DNA of 63,328 bases, counting the filler, from Choristocarpus tenellus KU-1152 (Eukaryota; Protista; Phaeophyceae), in assembly GCA_964200185.2 (NCBI GenBank). It is 9 parts of 9 records of this genome, joined end to end, with 100 filler letters (N's around TTAATTAATTAA, not from the genome) between each part and the next. Parts side by side here need not be neighbours in the genome. Positions count along the whole stretch, not along the records: positions 1 to 4,900 come from CAXNAD020012609.1; positions 5,001 to 7,821 come from CAXNAD020024464.1; positions 7,922 to 11,449 come from CAXNAD020019442.1; positions 11,550 to 16,214 come from CAXNAD020013557.1; 5 more parts are not named here. One strand, 5' to 3'. Below the pieces are notes generated by a model. That model was not told the origin of the DNA. It saw nothing but the letters and a program-made list of their open reading frames with translations, and ran no database searches. Below are positions 1 to 12,680 of the stretch, piece after piece. Each line of letters opens with the position of its first letter. Within the stretch, counting starts at the first letter, position 1. The position numbers and the translations under genes were made by a program.

Positions 1-2351
1 CCCCTTGTGCAGCTGCCCCGGATAACCCCTCCCAGAGCCGCCATTGCCAGTGCCACCACCACCACTGGCTCCACCACATTGACTACAATAAACACTCTTC
101 ATTGTGGCCTCTGGTGCAAATGCTCTTGCCCACGAAACCTTGCCCTTGCTCGAATCCTTCATCCCGAACCCATCTTCTTGCTCTTTGTGGGTTTCGCTCA
201 ATGAAATTGAGTTCGGAACTCCTGCATCGAGGTCCTCTACAGCAGTGGAAGATTCTACTGGTGTGAGTATGTTCACCTCTGCTAGCGCATCTGGTGCAGT
301 CTCCTGTACCATTGTAGAGCCAGACCTTACCTCCTGAGTACCATTACCTCCACCACCCAAGCAAGCACTAGATGATTCCATATCCTTGGGTGCTGAGGTG
401 ATGTGTAGCCTTTCTGAAACAGTTGGATAGGACTCAGGAACCTCTGACACCTGCCCTGCTTTCGGGCACTTGCATCCAGGGCATGGAGCATGCAATGCTA
501 CAGATGAAGTGGTGGTTGTGGTAGCTTCATGGTCTAAGACATGCAAGCCTTGGAACAATGCACTATAAGCCTTGTCTAAATCCCCTGTCTCAGAGCTAGG
601 TCCTAGTGATGATAATGTAGTTGCTGAGTCAATGAATTGGAGGACAGGCTCCCCGTCTCCAGGTCGAAATGCGTACTGTATGACTACCCACATCAGCATC
701 TCTCCAGTCTGCTCCTCATTGCGGAAGAGATGGATTGGGTGTATGAAAACGTTGAGGCAGAGAAGTGCATAAAGGACTGGGTAGGTCGATATTTGTAGAA
801 TGTAGCAGGATATCGAGGGGATACTGTCCAATGTGGGATCTCATGTCACTATGTTTATCCAGGCCATGCTTACACGATTGTGTTGCAAGGCAGAAGCAAC
901 CTCTATGATCTACATACTATGTTTACATATATGTTGAAATTGTTAACTCAAACGTCCTCCTATGCCATGAATATCAAAGTCCAACCACTGGCAAAGATGA
1001 GCATAACCTATCCATACCACAACCCTTTATGGCATTTGATGCTGTTTTCAACACTCCCGATCTATATTGTCTGTGGCTTCCAGGTGATCTTCATCATTCA
1101 GACACTGGATCGAAGCTTCTATTCACAATGAACTATTGAACTTGTGGGGCTCTGGATGTATTGACTCCAGTATTGAGACCTCTATCGCAACACCATAAGC
1201 TTATACCCTGACTTGAAATTCAATATTTCCTCCATAGAATGACACCCTTGCTTTTCCTTGCCTCGCTCCTTGTCATCATTCTGCAAACAAGGCTAAGTCT
1301 CAACGAAAAGAAGTCGACATAAATGTGACACGAACAAACTGTTACCCAAGACAAAACTCTCTTTCTTTACCTCCCTCTGCACATGAGTCACAACCTCCTT
1401 GGTTGACGCCTGGAGGACACGATGGATGACGCCATCTATTCTCACTGCACGGCAGTCTCTCATACGTTTCTCGAAGTTATTTTGATGGCTGTGAGCTGTC
1501 CGTTCCATGCATTGCACACCAACCAATCTATGATTCCTACACTCATCGACGCCTGGGGAGGCCATGAGCTCATAGGTGACCGAGGTCACCTGTGAACCAC
1601 GAAGCCTACCCTTCCTCTCAAATGTGTTGAGGAACACTCCACACCCGAAGAAGTTCTTTTTGGTTATGCACGGCTGGAGAGTCAGTAGTTCCTCACGCAA
1701 ATCGGCATTGTGTTTCTCTGTCAGCGATCGTAAATCCTTTGCAGTGAGCAGGACCACATCCGCTCTTCCTCCCCTCAGTCTCCGAGCGACAGCTATCATG
1801 TCAGGGGCTATGTCACTAGATTTTGTTGTATTAGTGTAATCTCTACTCTTTCGACGGAATGACTTGATTAGCTCGGTCCATTCCAAGTGCTTGTTTGCCC
1901 GCTGCTCAATGTGATTGCGGACGTAGAGAGTCTGTCAACGAGTACGAGTGGTCACTTGATTTCTTCGGATGGGGAATGCACTCTTTAGGGAACTAAACCA
2001 CTGCCCATTTGTACCAATTTATTTTAATGCCACAGATACGCAATGTTTGGGTCGACTATTTCTTGCGCTCGCCTAGCTTGCCTTCAAGATTCCCCCTGTC
2101 TTAGAGCTGCTGAAGTACCATGAAAGCATGCTTCCTTCTTGCATGAAGACAGTGTCCACGATTCTCACACGAAGTCGCTTCTCGTCAGCAATGCCCTCTT
2201 GCCATAGACATTTCATCATCCAAATTTCTGTCAAAATATGAGGTTGCTCAGAAGTTTGACTATAATCGCCATGACTTCCCTCTCCATCAGCCTCAGTCAT
2301 CCTTCCCTTTCTTGCCCCAGCATGTACTGTATCATAAACTACAAGTGCCAC
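1..2351 (-). CDS. Multi-exon gene for an uncharacterised protein, running off the window at its 3' end
   Basis: Exon 2082-2351 (MALVVYDT...WYFSSSKTGGILK) ends at a GC donor (AAG|GCAAGC). The next exon starts at 1931 or 1901 (both CAG, in frame with ORF 1293-1886) and ends near 1370 (GAG|GTAAAG). A stop-free frame runs from about 716 to position 1 (EQTGEMLMWVVIQYAF...GQLHKG). The junction around 1200-1280 is unresolved and no family was recognised. Confidence 0.6.
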
Positions 2352-2769
2352 CTTAGTCCCTTGAACAGACTCGGAACATTGACCCTGCCGCCTGAACTTG
2401 CTTCAGTCATTGAGAGCAAGTGCACGACCCAATCCTAGGTGCTGTCCTTCCCCAAGGGGACAAGAAGAGGGAGGCAGTGCTAGTGTGGAAGGGGGTGCTT
2501 CAATGCCATTGGGCATGTTTTCCTGACCTTCAAGTTAATCCACCATTCGCAGCAACTTGTGTAGGCAAACATGTAATGTGCTTGTCTTCCAATGTTATAT
2601 GGATGTTGATCTCAATCCACCAATTGCGTTCGTTTCTACCTGTTCCAAAAATGGTATAGCCGTTTCATACTAAAATAGATGGTAATGACATGCACCTACT
2701 ATTAGTATATAAACATACTACAACTATCGCTCGCTCAGATTATGATACACATTTTGAAAGTAGAGAAGC

Positions 2770-3300
2770 TCAGGACTACAGAGGGTACGGGTCAAGGAAT
2801 CTGTCTTCAGTTGGAGCAAATCGGAATCTGGTACTAACCACAGGATACTTTGGGGAATAGGGGAAATTGACGGTTCGTATGCAGTTGGCATTCACTAGCG
2901 TATTGGGGAAGTAGCGTTACATTCTGGACAAGGTCCTAGGTGGGTTTGGGAAAAGTACGAGATAAAATCCGTCGAGACGCTAAGTGAGTTGACGGGGAGG
3001 GACAAGAAGAACTACTACCAGATAGTCCACTCACGGCATATATTCACTAGGCGAGGCTCAAAGTGTTGATGAGGGAGCAAGCAACGGTACCTCTCCGTAT
3101 GACAGTTAAGGTGTGTGGTCTAAGCCCCAAGAGATTACGACCTGCAGCCAGGGAGGATAGGGGGAGTGACACGGTTAGCTTCAGAAGGTCTGGGGGAGGC
3201 CACCATACAGCAGGCAGGACGTTTGAACTCAGTTTCGTTTAAGGAATATGAAAGTAACGTGGACGAAGGTGAAACTGTGCCAAGGGTTCTAAATAATCAG
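2770..3300 (+). mobile_element. Degenerate tyrosine recombinase of a DIRS/Ngaro-type retroelement
   Basis: Across frameshifts and stops it reads LLPDSPLTAY...LKVLMREQATVPLRMTVKVCGLSP / RDYDLQPGRIGGVTRLASEGLGEATIQQAGRLNSVSFKEY. This is a decayed form of the C-terminal YR motif Y..HS.RIGGAT.LA..G.....IQ..GRW.S..F..Y. Confidence 0.6.
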
Positions 3301-3541
3301 TGCCACCCCAACCTATGGCAACTGGCAGACGAGCTTCTAAGTTGGGAGAAGGTTCGTTAGCCCCCTATGAAGAACCGGCCCTGGACACGGATCAGTTCAC
3401 CTCCCCCAACCCGACTTGACATGGTGTGGTAGCTAGTCATATAGGGGGAAAGAACGTAGGTTGTTACCTAGTAGAATAACTTGGTAAAGTACTAATGCCC
3501 AATTCCTTTAGCGGCAGAACATGCTTGTTGTACGAGTGCAC

Positions 3542-3579
<38 letters not shown>
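3542..3579. repeat. (AGT)12 microsatellite
   Basis: Perfect trinucleotide run; a shorter (AGT)n lies near 19520-19538. Confidence 0.95.
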
Positions 3580-4686
3580 AAAATAATGGTGTAGCAACAA
3601 AATGCAAAATATTGATCGCACCTTCAATTCGATGAATAATGGGATGCAATAAACTTCCGTCTCTTTTGTCTCGTATCTTCTTGTATAAAGATGAAAACAA
3701 AACTATCCAAGGAGATGCCTTCCTCTGTCTGATGTTCCTGATGATGGCAAAACGTTGACGACAGGAGGGGATCAAGAAACAAGTGCATATGCTACTGCTA
3801 TTATTGCATAAAATAGAGCATTGTTGGAAACAATACATGCACGTAAACAGAGATAGACTCTGTCTGTGTTGTCATTTCCATGTTTTTTTTTTTCGTTATT
3901 CTCTTGCATCTTGGTTGGGGCATCACTATATCGATGAAGATGTTAATCACATGTGTATTTTATGCATGATGCGTGCACCACCACCATTGGTATGCAGTTT
4001 CCTTTCTTCTCCACTTACAACATCTCCAAAATAAGGTCGTCAGTGATAAAAATGATAAATTCCATCAATGAATGTTGGAGGGACAGTATACGCGTCATCA
4101 ATATCACCCAATATCACCAACCCTAAAAAATGAGTTGATTCTCTCTCATGGTGCACAGAAAAAAATGATGAAAGGATTGATGGTTTCGTGGACACTTAAC
4201 ACACCAACATACTGACCTTTCACCTAGATGAATATGAACACTCATTGGAGTATTCTACATTGTATAATATTCAATTAGAAATAATTAATACTTCACCTAT
4301 CGGGTATTGTAGCCTGAAAACGTAGCAGGTGATGTGGGCACTGAGTTTCTGATTGGATGAAAAAGTATCCACACTATTTATGGGTACAAAGCTCCTCCTC
4401 TACTTCAGAGACATTGCAAATTACTATAAATTCTTTACCCATAATTTTTTGCTGCGATTACTCATCTCGAACAACCGGAACCTGCACTCTTCTCTTTGCA
4501 TGTTTTTCATCTACACCAGTGTAGTATTGACTAATAATAGAAGTACTACAAAGGAGACTATCAATCCAATTTCACAAGTCTCCACCACATACTTTCCACT
4601 TCTTCTTTTTTTCTAGTAGCGATCCATCTATCTCTTCATAGTTGTGAACGTGTCATTTTGTTGGTCCTTGAGCTCTCTTCTATGCA

Positions 4687-4879
4687 TAGGGTTAGGGTTA
4701 CATGTATAAGATGGTTCCACTCTCTTCTAACCCTAACCCTAAGATAATAGAATGATACTCTCGCTTTGCCATCCATTCGTCAGTTACACACTACAACACA
4801 GCGTTGCTGTGATTCACAATAATACTACATTAGGGTTAGGGTTACTACATTAGAGCATGTTCGTTGTATGTAACCCTAA
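4687..4879. repeat. Cluster of short interstitial telomeric (TTAGGG/CCCTAA) repeats in alternating orientation
   Basis: TAGGGTTAGGGTTA at 4687-4700, TAACCCTAACCCTAA at 4728-4742, TTAGGGTTAGGGTTA at 4830-4844 and TAACCCTAA at 4871-4879. Confidence 0.85.
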
Positions 4880-4900
4880 GGCCCAAACTATCTGGGGGGG
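4880..4900. mobile_element. Terminal stub of the GRSYCAAAGTATCT MITE family at a contig end (similar stubs at 7922-7942 and 60005-60030)
   Basis: GGCCCAAACTATCTGGGGGGG runs into the gap. The reverse-orientation CCCCC(C/T)AGATACTTTGGGTC opens the contigs at 7922 and 60005. Confidence 0.7.
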
Positions 4901-5000
4901 NNNNNNNNNNNNNNNNNNNNNNNNNNNNNNNNNNNNNNNNNNNNTTAATTAATTAANNNNNNNNNNNNNNNNNNNNNNNNNNNNNNNNNNNNNNNNNNNN
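4901..5000. other. Artificial contig-joining spacer N44-TTAATTAATTAA-N44 (first of eight)
   Basis: Identical 100-nt spacers with stops in all six frames at 4901-5000, 7822-7921, 11450-11549, 16215-16314, 36736-36835, 40500-40599, 47554-47653 and 59905-60004. Confidence 0.97.
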
Positions 5001-5459
5001 GGGAAGGAGAGGGAGGGTGGAAATGAGGAAAGGGGGACTGGAATAAAAAAAATTGAGTAAAAAAAAAAAAGATAAAGGATAAAACTAAAATACAGAATTA
5101 AAAGAAGAATAGCGAAACAAAAAAAACGTTATACTATAACAAGAACCGTTTCAGTAAGTTAGTGTACACAGCAGAATACACAGGAATATATATATACATT
5201 AATAAAAGCATCACTACCATCAAGTATCAATCATCTTAATTACCTCTCAGCCCCTGCAATTTATTCACTTCAGATAATAAAAAACAAAATAGTCCACTCC
5301 TTAGACAACAACCACAAAGTACAGTGTACACAATACACACATACCTACATTCTCACATATTCAACCAGATCCTGGGCAGAGAGAGAGGACCGACCAACAA
5401 AACAAACCAAAAACGCCTACCTCTCTAACAACCCTCCCCACCCCCAATCCTAAACTAAC

Positions 5460-7570
5460 CTCGAGGGATGCATACTGTGGGCTGATCTTCACAGCAGTAT
5501 GCATCTTGGACGTCGTTGCACCTCCAATGAGGAGGGGCAGCTTCAGGCCCGCCTTGGACATCTCCTGTAAGTAAGTATCAGTCAACAAGTTCCAGTCGAG
5601 GTTACTGACAGCATTAAAGCAGGGATATCTCGGAATGGTTAGGGTTAGGGTCTACTGGAACACGGCAGCAGCTACACAGTCAGGATACAAACACAAGTAA
5701 AACAATAAAAATATATTTTTATTAAAATCGTTACATATACCAAAAAAAAAAACTTTACGAGGGGGGAAGGGGGAGGAGAATCAAGCAAACCTTGGCGACG
5801 AAGACCATCTCATCAAGGGATGGAGTGATGAGGCCAGACAAACCAACCACATCCACACCCAGCTCCATCGCCTTCGCAAGGATCTTATCACAGGGCTGCA
5901 TCACTCCCATATCATACACCTGCACAAAAGAGGCAACACAGAAAATTTTAAACATCAGAATGATTGTAGAGAAGAAAAAAAAGAAAAATATTCACATCAT
6001 TCTAAAAAACACACACACACAAAAAAAAAATGAAAGCTTAAAAAAAAAGTCAACAAAAAAATTCAAATACCATCCGCACGTTAGTCTGGAGAGATTTCAC
6101 AGACATATAAAAGTAGTAAAAAGAGTGCACATCATGAGAAAAGATATAGAAAGAACATATACATTGAAAAGCAGTCTGGGGGCAGGGGACAGCCAGTCAC
6201 CAAACAGCATTGACCAGAGAACAAAATATTCTTAACTGTTATCATGTCAAATATACAGGGCTTTGTAAGAAAACACTAAAAATAAGAACTCCTATCCCCT
6301 CTACATAGAACCATGGGTAAATTTGTAAAACAAAATAAGAAAGTACTTCAACATCAATGTTGCCTATGTCATTCCCCCTAATGTGCAGAGAGGACTGGCT
6401 TACCCACCCCTTGTGTGAGAACCTCAACCCAAAAAACATCAATTGATTTGAAAGAAGACAACAAGTCACCGCAAAAAAAGTTATTATTAAACTCAAACCA
6501 ACCACAACAACATGCAATTCCCTCAATAAATTAAATTTCCTCAATTTAAAGAGTACCCACTGATCGACAATATTACTTTTCCAGATGTTCACAAAAAAAT
6601 AAAACTGGACAGAATATAGTCTACACCACAACACTCAACTACTACTGACTGTATCACCTACAAGAGAGATCTTCCAATTATTGATACACAATAAATACAT
6701 CCATCCATCCATCCAATGATCAAGCCTTATATTCCTTTAGCAAACCTTGTAGTTGTTGCATCCCAATACCACAGCCACAATATTCTTGCCAATATCGTGT
6801 ACATCACCCTTCACCGTGGCAATCAAGACCTGTCAAACATACACACACATAAATACATACACAAACATAAATATATAGATATATGTTTTAAAAGCATTTA
6901 TCGTTACTGGCAGGGAATTAAATATTAAAAAAGTACAGCACAATGATTTTGAGGACAAATGGGAGATCAGTGTAACAAAATAAGGTACACCATCAATATA
7001 CTCCAACACACACATATATAGAGCAATGATGGCATACATTGATTACTTCATAATGTCATGCGTTTCTTTCACAGTTACCCCAACCGTCCTGACAACTCTT
7101 CTCTACCCCTTCTATATACATCAACTTACTTGATTTCAAGGGGATTATGAGAACATGAGATGTTCTAAAACACTTCAGTTCTGTGCAGCTACAAAAAATT
7201 GGATACAAAAATTATAAATAAAAAAGAACAGACAAGACCCCTAAACTCTACACTTCTTTCAAGAAGGTTATTGTAAGAGATGTCAGGCAGGAAGGTGGTG
7301 GGGGGGGGAAAAAACAAAACACCATCCAAAAGCAAGAGAACGCCATCACAAGTTTTACACATACCTAGAGAGGTCAGTTCATGGGTAACGTAAAGTTATC
7401 TACTCAACAAGAACAAGCCCTCTCACCTTGCCAGCATACTGAGAGTCATCATCCTCGGCTACAGACTCTGGGTCCAGGCCGTCTGCCAGCATCTTCTGAC
7501 GCTTCTCCTCCTCCATGAATGGAAGGAGATGAGCAACGGCCTTCTTCATCACCCTCGCAGACTTGATCAC
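5460..7570 (-). CDS. METH: Cobalamin-dependent methionine synthase, internal fragment (cap and B12-binding domain), 4 exons
   Basis: Exons 7427-7570 ([23 protein letters not shown]...), 6746-6829 ([28 protein letters not shown]), 5791-5919 (...[16 protein letters not shown]) and 5460-5564 (...[17 protein letters not shown]...). All introns are GT-AG and phase 0, and the DxHxxG cobalamin motif is present. Confidence 0.97.
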
Positions 7571-8154
7571 CTATGACATCACCATACACACAAACAAATA
7601 TACATTAATCCATTAATAAGAAAATATATTTAGGTATCACATCCCCTCCCCCTCCCTCACAAACAACCCCCCCAAGGGACGATGAGAATAGCACATCACA
7701 GTAAAACATAAAAAAACACATACAGAAGTAAATGAGTAAAAAGCGTAATGGATGGAGAAAAGTAAGGGGGGGGGGGTTAAAGGGTAAGAGTCAAATGGAC
7801 AGTGTACACCACATCATGTCANNNNNNNNNNNNNNNNNNNNNNNNNNNNNNNNNNNNNNNNNNNNTTAATTAATTAANNNNNNNNNNNNNNNNNNNNNNN
7901 NNNNNNNNNNNNNNNNNNNNNCCCCCCTAGATACTTTGGGTCAATTCTGCGTGATTACGGACCATCTTATATATATGAAATTGGGCGCCCAGTTGCAAGG
8001 GTTCTAATGTTGCCCTGCCTCTACCTGTTGCCCTACCTGTACTTGATCGCACCAAAGGTCTCACATATCTACATGCATTAGCAATGGAGAGTTTGGGTCT
8101 CTGCTTTCTACTGTCAATTTAACATCCTCAACCGATTTTATCATCTTCTATCAG

Positions 8155-10727
8155 AACAAGCCGTATTTTGCCGGCCTCCAACAGACAATACAGGAAGGAG
8201 GGAAGTTCAAGCTCCGAAATTGGAACTTCAATGTGTCCCATCATGGGAGATATACGATAATTGGTTCAGAACCTGTGTGTTTGGTGAGTGCAGTGGGCTG
8301 AACCTCAAAAGGGAACGAAGTAAACTGAGAATAATAAAGACCTCCTGTAGTAATCATCCAGCAAGAAGGGGAGGGTTCTCCATGATGGTGGTCCTTAATG
8401 GTCCCTGATGAGGTTTTCTTTGTTGACAAAATGTTTTACTTACCCTAACTCATCTGTTATGAGTATGCAAAACAGTTTTTGGCACATTTGAGCTTTTGAT
8501 ACCTGTGTAGTAACTAGCTTTGCAGTCAATATATGGCACTGAGCACCATTTGTTTCTATAAATATATACACTACATGTATCTTACAGTTGTGGACCCTTT
8601 CTGAATCAATAATTTTATTGTTTAAAATAAACATCTGCAAAGCATGTGCAGTGGACAGAAGTACATGTTACTGTCTTGTACAGAGGATTAAAATGAACAA
8701 ATAATTGCTTGTCCTTGATGTGACCTTAACCTGTGAATATGTCATATCAGTGTGGCGTAGATGTTGTGGATGTAAACGCCCAACAGGAATGCAATGGCCC
8801 AGCAGATGATTACCTTCACTACTTCAGCGACCACTTCACAGATCAAGAATGGAATGTGATACGAAGGTTTGAAGTTGATATAGGTGTTGCATAGTGGAAA
8901 TAGGGGCAATGTGGAGTCATGGATCTTTGGTGTCCATCATTTAGTGTTTCCAAGTGGCAGAGTTATCAACTACAACAGCAAATATGGTGGAAGTTGATCC
9001 TCAATAACAGATGCACAGTAGTGCACAGTCAGGATGTATTGGAGATTGATGAATAGAGGAGAAATGACAAAAAAGTGTATTGTTGTTATTTGCTTGCGGG
9101 AAATCCTAGAATTACAATTATTCTCCTCTCTGCTGCTTGGCAATACCATGGCTTTTTTGTGGAGCAGGCATTTTTCTTTGTATGTTTTCCAGTGGTCATG
9201 TGATGTATGCTTTGCTTGGATTGTGTGAAGTGCAATTATCGTGTGATCCAAATGTTTTTCCGGGCTATACTGAGATGCCTAATCTTGAACAGTATTCAAG
9301 TTGATACTCTTATGGCGAAAGTCTGTCAAGCAAGAAAAATGTAAATAGTGCTATGAAATGTCCACATCTACATTCTTCTGGGGGAGAGGGGAGTCAGGGT
9401 ATTTTTACCATTGGCTAATGCCAGAGTATGTCCTTGGGCCATGTCCTGGATATTTACTGATCCAGAACAATTTGTGCGACAGGCCATCCCATGATGTCAC
9501 ATCACACAAAAAAAAAACACTTGAGATGGTGTGTACAACAAAAGAGAATCACAATCACGTTTGACATATTACCCTATTCACTCATGCACAATGGTGAAGT
9601 GTGATCTCTACCACAAGTTAGTCCTTCCCTCTTGTGCTCTTTTGATCTTAGACTGAAACTGAAACAAATATCTCTCCCTACTGCTACAAAATCTCCCCCC
9701 CATGCCTCATGTATTACACATAAAATAAATACCAGCACACCAGATGACCATGGGCGACTACGAAGGTTCTTTCTCAACTGGGGCTTGAAGGAGAGTTTTG
9801 TCAAAGCCATTGGCCAAGGATTAGGATTCAACCTACTACGGGTCTCCTTCACATACGTGGATGCTGGGGACTGTTCTAGGAGTGAGCCAGGTTGCTCTGG
9901 CTGGGGTGATGTCAAGGTATGTTTTGTTGTGGGTGTGTGAAGATGCTTCACATTGTTCTCAATTGAGACAATACCCCCAGTCCCAACTGTTGAGCCGATA
10001 ATGAAATTCCAAGTTCTTAGTAATGGTGTGTGCCTCCGAATGGGTTACTGGTCCATGTTTTTCCCTAAGTTGGACTCTAATGTGCCGACTTTGTCATGCA
10101 GAGTAATGTTCTCCAGATTACATGGCTTGTAGAAGAGACCCTCCAAGTAATGGTCTATTCCCTTGCCACCATTGAACTCTGCTTGATGCCAACCCCTACC
10201 TCCCCACCTCAGCACTGGTAATTCAAAACCCCCAAATGATAGTGCTGCCAAATTTATGTCACTACTAGGTGGGGAAGAAGGGGATTTTTACATTGTTCTC
10301 ATTACACCAATACGATGTTGACCCGTTTTTTTCAGTTGTGTTGACCTCATCTTTTCCGCCCCCCAACCCAACTCTCGCCTTCTATCCTGTCCTCCTCATT
10401 GGACCTTGCATGTGCCTTTTAAACAAGGTTACGGTTGATGGCATACCACGTACAGACTGGGCCTTCCAGATGTTCGACCTTCCTGGGGGATACGTTGCCT
10501 GTGTTGCTCGTGGCCCTCCAGCTGCTTGCTGTGCCTCTGGAGTTGCTGCAGGTATTGTAGGCGAGATTGAAGTGGAGAATGAGACATTGCAACGAGGCCT
10601 TGAGCTACCACAGTCAGGATTCAAGATGGTGTCCTTGAAAGACGTGGTGCCAGACAGGGTTTGGCAGGCACTCTGTATAGCTGGGGATGTATGTTCCCTT
10701 GAGAAGGCATCAACAGCAAAGATTTAG
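8155..10727 (+). CDS. Sfp/AASDHPPT-type 4'-phosphopantetheinyl transferase, 5'-partial, 4 exons
   Basis: Exons 8155-8283 (NKPYF...WNFNVSHHGRY...EPVCL), 8751-8866 (CGVDVVD...FTDQEWNVI), 9736-9916 (FFLNWGLKESFVKAIGQGLGF) and 10428-10727 (to the stop). Phases are consistent, and the KP, FNxSH, GxD and WxxKExxxK PPTase motifs are all present. Confidence 0.93.
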
Positions 10728-11369
10728 TTGTAAGACTCAAATACTCCTTGCTTGACAAGTGGCCCTGTAGACTTACCATATTTACCATACTTCTGATACG
10801 TTGATATGAGTATCGAAAGAAGAGCATCCCAAAGAAAAAACATCATATTTTCCTGTAGAGAAAATGTTTTCAACGCTTTGCTGAGTTTTAAAGACCCCCT
10901 ACCCCCAAGACCCTGCTATCTCTTCTTATATTCTTCATACTTCAAAAAGAAATAACTTTATTCCTCATCAATTAAGTGTGCGACATTATGGATTTTCACT
11001 TTTTGCTTACCTGTTTCTTCACGAATACGAAGACTTTCCCAGTGATGCACAGCTGAAATTGAAGCTCTGGATATAATTGTTTGGAGGAGATTTTTGTATT
11101 TCGCTTTTGTTCCAAAATAGTTCTGAATCTGTTCTGAGAAGTGGAACCAAAAAAACGGTCCTTTTCGGTCCCATTTTCATCGGCTACACTGCGGCTGTTG
11201 GCGGGTACAACACTCCACCATCGTCAGACAACGTTTCAGCACCTCGTCAAGAGACACATGACTCTCACTTAGCCTCCGGACCATCTGCGACACGGGTCCC
11301 GTAGCCAAGGAACTGCATCAATTACAGAAGCGGAAGCGGGCTGGACATGAATTAATATCGAAATAGTAT

Positions 11370-11449
11370 GGGTCAAAGTATCTGGGGGGGGGGGGGGGTT
11401 GTGAGGGGGCGTCTGTTTTGGTCAAACTACTCTTTTTTTTGTTGATATT
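11370..11449. mobile_element. MITE (G-rich subfamily), one end, truncated by the gap
   Basis: GGGTCAAAGTATCT-polyG-TTGTGAGGGGGCGTCTGTTTTGGTCAAAC; its reverse complement matches 16130-16190. Confidence 0.8.
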
Positions 11450-11857
11450 NNNNNNNNNNNNNNNNNNNNNNNNNNNNNNNNNNNNNNNNNNNNTTAATTA
11501 ATTAANNNNNNNNNNNNNNNNNNNNNNNNNNNNNNNNNNNNNNNNNNNNGCACTTTCCGCGCACCATTTTGGGTCAAACCCATCCTCCATAGTATGCTCC
11601 ATCCTCAATTTTGGTGAGAGGCTGTTAGGTGTTGAGTAATATTTTATTGAAAGAATTGATGAATGAGACAAGGAAAGAGGGTTGGAAGTATTAGGATATA
11701 CTTCTGTATTTATTAATCAAAACGCGCAAGTAGCGCAAGCGCTGATGCGCACGAAGTGCCGAGGTTCGCGAAGACAACACTCATTCTAGGAACAAAAGCC
11801 AACCAACGGATTTAAATGAGGAGATTCAGTAGAAGAGTCCATTGATCAACAATAACT

Positions 11858-11969
11858 ATTTCACATTTGTTGTGAAGTATTATATTTCCTTCGGATTTAT
11901 ACTAACATGTGAATAGTTCTCATTGGTTTTTTTCTCACATATACAAAATGTCGTAAGGCATAATAATAA
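11858..11969 (+). mobile_element. RLE non-LTR retrotransposon, 3'-UTR fragment with (TAA)n tail
   Basis: TATACTAACATGTGAATAGTTCTCATTGG...CAAAATGTCGTAAGGCATAATAATAA aligns to the 3' end of the 46799-47553 copy. Confidence 0.7.
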
Positions 11970-12111
11970 AAATAACCAATAACCAACAATCGACAACACG
12001 TAAGCAATTCGATATCTTCTCACACAGTTTCTTCCGTAGTCATCCAATTCTGTGCAGCATACCAGAACTCTTCTAACAAATACTTCAACGGCAATTTTAT
12101 TGAATTTTTTT

Positions 12112-12577
12112 TTATTATATTGCTCTCAGATATGTTCCAGATGTATCGGGAGAAAAACCAATGAAAACTATTCATATGTCAGAAAAATCCCGAAAAAAGG
12201 AGTTGTCATAAATGTGAAAATCATTTATTTCCTATTATTATATTACCAGCTATGCCGTACCACTGCCTTCCTGTCCATCCAACCTAGCTATTCCTACACC
12301 CCAGGGTGAGGAGCGGGGAAGCATCCCAAGAATCTAACAAGCCCCTCCTTGTCCATCTCCCAGGTGTCTCCGGCTTAAAACGCATGACACGTCTAGATAG
12401 GTCCACCTGCTTTATTATAGACTATTTGTTGTAGACGGGACTTGATAGCCCCTTCCTCCTGTAGCCTCCAGTTCCTCTCCCCCCTACCGCGAGCATAGCT
12501 AACTCACCCAGAAAACTTTCCGCTTGCTTACCGAGGCGCCCAAACATTTCCACCGCAAAGGTGTTGGGCTTGTAAAC
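12112..12577 (-). mobile_element. 5'-truncated RLE non-LTR retrotransposon copy
   Basis: Encodes NTFAVEMFGRLGKQAESFLGELAMLAVGGRGTGGYRRKG, homologous to the 45930 and 46990 copies. It is followed by the family 3' UTR, terminal stem-loop and AATATAATAA tail. Confidence 0.85.
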
Positions 12578-12680
12578 TTGTAGTGAGTGATTGCAAATGA
12601 TGTAGTATACATAAAACGGTAGTATCAATCCACTAGTAACATGATCACTTTTACAGAGGTCCTTGTGATGTTGGTTTAAC

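Noticed and set aside
5460-10727. Apparent cofactor or sulfur gene cluster (METH beside the PPTase, with NFS1 further along)
   Set aside because: The genes lie on different contigs joined by artificial spacers and are truncated at contig ends, so their adjacency is unsupported.
11623-11779. TG...CA-bounded, LTR-like segment
   Set aside because: No matching TSD and no second copy in the window.
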